Source of the DNA: Vicinamibacteria bacterium
GTDB taxonomy: Bacteria; Acidobacteriota; Vicinamibacteria; Vicinamibacterales; JAENWD01
Direction of reading: 5' to 3'
Length of the DNA: 64,000 nucleotides
Assembly: GCA_963719755.1 (NCBI GenBank)
Contig: CAVRDA010000014.1
Span: forward strand, 200,536 to 264,535
The translations under genes were made by a program, and so were the position numbers. Shown in pieces: positions 62,153 through 64,000 of the stretch (within the stretch, counting starts at the first letter, position 1; each line of letters starts with the position of its first letter). The notes below the pieces were generated by a model. It saw nothing but the letters and a program-made list of their open reading frames with translations, searched no databases and had not been told where the DNA came from.

Positions 62153-63692
62153 ATGAGCGACAGGAGCAACCAGCCGCCGGTGCTGCAGTTGAATCCGGCC
62201 GATCCATTGGTCGTCGCCACCCGGGACCTGGCGGTGGGAGAAGAGATCGGGCTGGGCGGTGTGAAGCCCGTCGAACCGATCGCGCGCGGCCACAAATTGG
62301 CGGTGCAGCCGATCGAGAGCGGCACTCCGGTGCGCAAGCTGGGCCAGGTCATCGGCATGGCGACGCAGCCGATTGCCCCCGGCCAGCACATCCACGTCCA
62401 CAATGTCGAGTTCCGGCCCAGTGTGGCGGATCATGGCATCGGCGCTCATCGCAGCAACCTGCCGGTGCTGCCGGAGGCGCAAGCGGCGACCTTCGAAGGC
62501 ATCGTACGGTCGGACGGCTCGGTCGCGACCCGCAACTTCATCGGCGTGCTCACGACCGTGAACTGCTCCGCCCAGGTCGCACGCATGATCTCCGATCATT
62601 TCCGCATGTCCGGCGAGCTCAAGCAGTTCCCGAATGTCGACGGCATCGTTGCCCTCACGCACAAGAGCGGCTGCGCCGGCGGCGAGGAGACCGAGGGAAA
62701 CTACACGCTGCGCCGTACCGTGGCGGGCTATGCCAAGCATCCGAACTTCGCCGCGGTCTTGATCATCGGCCTGGGCTGCGAGTTCGAACCAGCTGCCCCG
62801 ACTGGTGGCGGAGGAGGGGCTGCAGACCGGTGCGCGGATCCAGACCCTGATCATCCAGGAGACCGGCGGCACGCGGAACACGGTCGACGCCGGCATCGCG
62901 CGCATTCGCGAACTGCTGCCCGAAGCCAATGCCGTAACTCGCAAGACCCTGCCGGCCAAGCACCTGATCCTTGGCCTGCAATGCGGCGGCTCGGATGGCT
63001 TCTCCGCCATCACGGCGAATCCGGCGCTGGGCGTGGCGGCGGACCTGCTGGTGCGCAACGGCGGCACCGCGATCCTCAGCGAGACGCCGGAGATCTATGG
63101 CGCCGAGCATATGCTGTTGGGCCGCGCGGTCAGCCAGGAAGTCGGACAGAAGCTGCTGGATCTGCTGCGCTGGTGGGAAGCCTACGCTGCGCGGAACAGT
63201 GAGTCGCTCGACAACAATCCGTCGCCGGGCAACAAGGCGGGCGGGCTGACCACCATCCTGGAGAAGTCGCTGGGCGCGGCCGCCAAGGGCGGCCGGAGCG
63301 ATCTGGTCGACGTCTACAAATACGCCGAGCCGGTGACCAAGCGCGGCTTCGTGTTCATGGATACGCCGGGCTATGATCCGGTCTCCGTGACCGGGCAGGT
63401 GGCGGGCGGTGCCAACATGATCTGCTTCACCACCGGGCGCGGCTCCTGCTTCGGCTGCAAGCCGGCGCCGAGCCTGAAGCTCGCCACCAATACGCCGATG
63501 TACAACCGCATGGCGGACGACATGGACATCAACTGCGGGTCGATCCTCGATGGCGGCGCCAGCGTCGAGGAGATGGGCGAGCAGATCTTCCAGCTGATCC
63601 TCAAGACGGCATCCGGGCAGCGCACCAGAAGCGAACTGCTCGGCTATGGCGAGGATGAGTTCGCTCCCTGGCATCTCGGCGCGACCTTGTGA
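62153..63692 (+). pseudogene. UxaA/GarD-family sugar-acid dehydratase (one frameshift at ~62787)
   Basis: N-terminal SAF-like part, then '...LIIGLGCEF'. It continues in the +1 frame as 'QLPRLVAEEGLQTG...LGLQCGGSDGFSAITANP...NPSPGNKAGGLTTILEKSLG'. The E. coli GarD equivalent is 'GLGCEKLQPERLL'. Confidence 0.85.
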
Positions 63693-64000
63693 CGAGCTGG
63701 CCTCCTGCCGCCAATGCCTGGAGCAGCCTGACCGACAACCTCGGTAGAACATTCCTCTCGCTTGCCGGCATGCGCTGCATCACGAGTTGGGACGAGCTGC
63801 GCCAGCGGCTGGGCGAACCGAAGACGATCCTTTGCCTCGGCAATGGCCCGTCCTCGGAAGCGGAGGGTATCGATGAGGTGCGCTTCGACTGCCTGTTCCG
63901 CGTCAACTGGATCTGGCAAGAGCGTGCCCGCCTTGCGAATCCGAACGTGGTCTTTACCGCCGATTTCGATCCGCCGTCACCCGGAGCACCGATCATTTGC
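62541..64000 (+). repeat. copy 2 of a direct repeat of at least 1.46 kb (partner 9286-10743)
   Basis: By-eye alignment. Offset is 53,255 nt at the left end and 53,257 nt from the uxaA stop onward. Confidence 0.9.
63689..64000 (+). CDS. CstII/GT42-like protein, 5' part (runs off the window; identical to 10432-10743)
   Basis: Nucleotide-identical to the copy-1 region, as far as I compared by eye. Confidence 0.45.
   Translation, partial: MTSWPPAANAWSSLTDNLGRTFLSLAGMRCITSWDELRQRLGEPKTILCLGNGPSSEAEGIDEVRFDCLFRVNWIWQERARLANPNVVFTADFDPPSPGAPIIC

Noticed and set aside
60120-62207. 695-aa minus-strand ORF (also 57553..58803 minus and 35525..36532 plus)
   Set aside because: These are antisense to the aldehyde dehydrogenase, dctP and aldolase genes respectively. 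They are shadow ORFs.
9286-62540. The 53.3-kb unit between the repeat copies as a plasmid, ICE or prophage
   Set aside because: I found no replication (repABC), partition, conjugation, integrase (other than one IS110 and one IS fragment) or phage structural genes. The content is chromosomal-type catabolism and transport.

Overview
High-GC bacterial DNA with no rRNA, tRNA or CRISPR array that I could see. It appears to be two compositionally different blocks. Block A (1-~9285, very GC-rich) carries envelope-biogenesis genes: a TamB-like protein that runs without a stop into an Omp85/BamA-type POTRA+barrel protein, a Cys-rich secreted protein, a histidine phosphatase, an AsmA-family protein and a truncated SnoaL-like gene. 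At ~9286 this block is joined, inside a gene, to Block B (Bradyrhizobium/Rhizobiales-like gene content). The first 1.46 kb of Block B (9286-10743) is a slightly degraded direct copy of the last 1.46 kb of the window (62541-64000), at an offset of 53,257 bp. Block B contains several parts. (1) A less GC-rich accessory patch (11.4-21 kb) has an M64 metallopeptidase fused to a 7-blade FG-GAP propeller, many small ORFs, REP-like repeats and an IS110-family element. (2) A quaternary-amine style catabolic supercluster (23.6-40.3 kb) has ProVWX-like transport, two Rieske oxygenases, BKACE, a carnitine-dehydrogenase-like HCDH, SDRs, an aldolase, a GMC oxidoreductase and two GlxA/CdhR-type regulators. 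(3) A gene-fragment graveyard lies at 40.4-41.3 kb. (4) A GH13 glucosidase, a sugar/glycerophosphodiester ABC locus and a sulfatase occupy 43-54 kb. (5) A TRAP/DapA-like/GntR/ALDH/UxaA sugar-acid locus occupies 54.8-63.7 kb. More than 20 genes are broken by frameshifts, one by an in-frame stop, and two by large internal deletions. This means either real genome decay or an error-prone, partly chimeric long-read assembly. All family calls are by-eye motif recognition; no searches were run.
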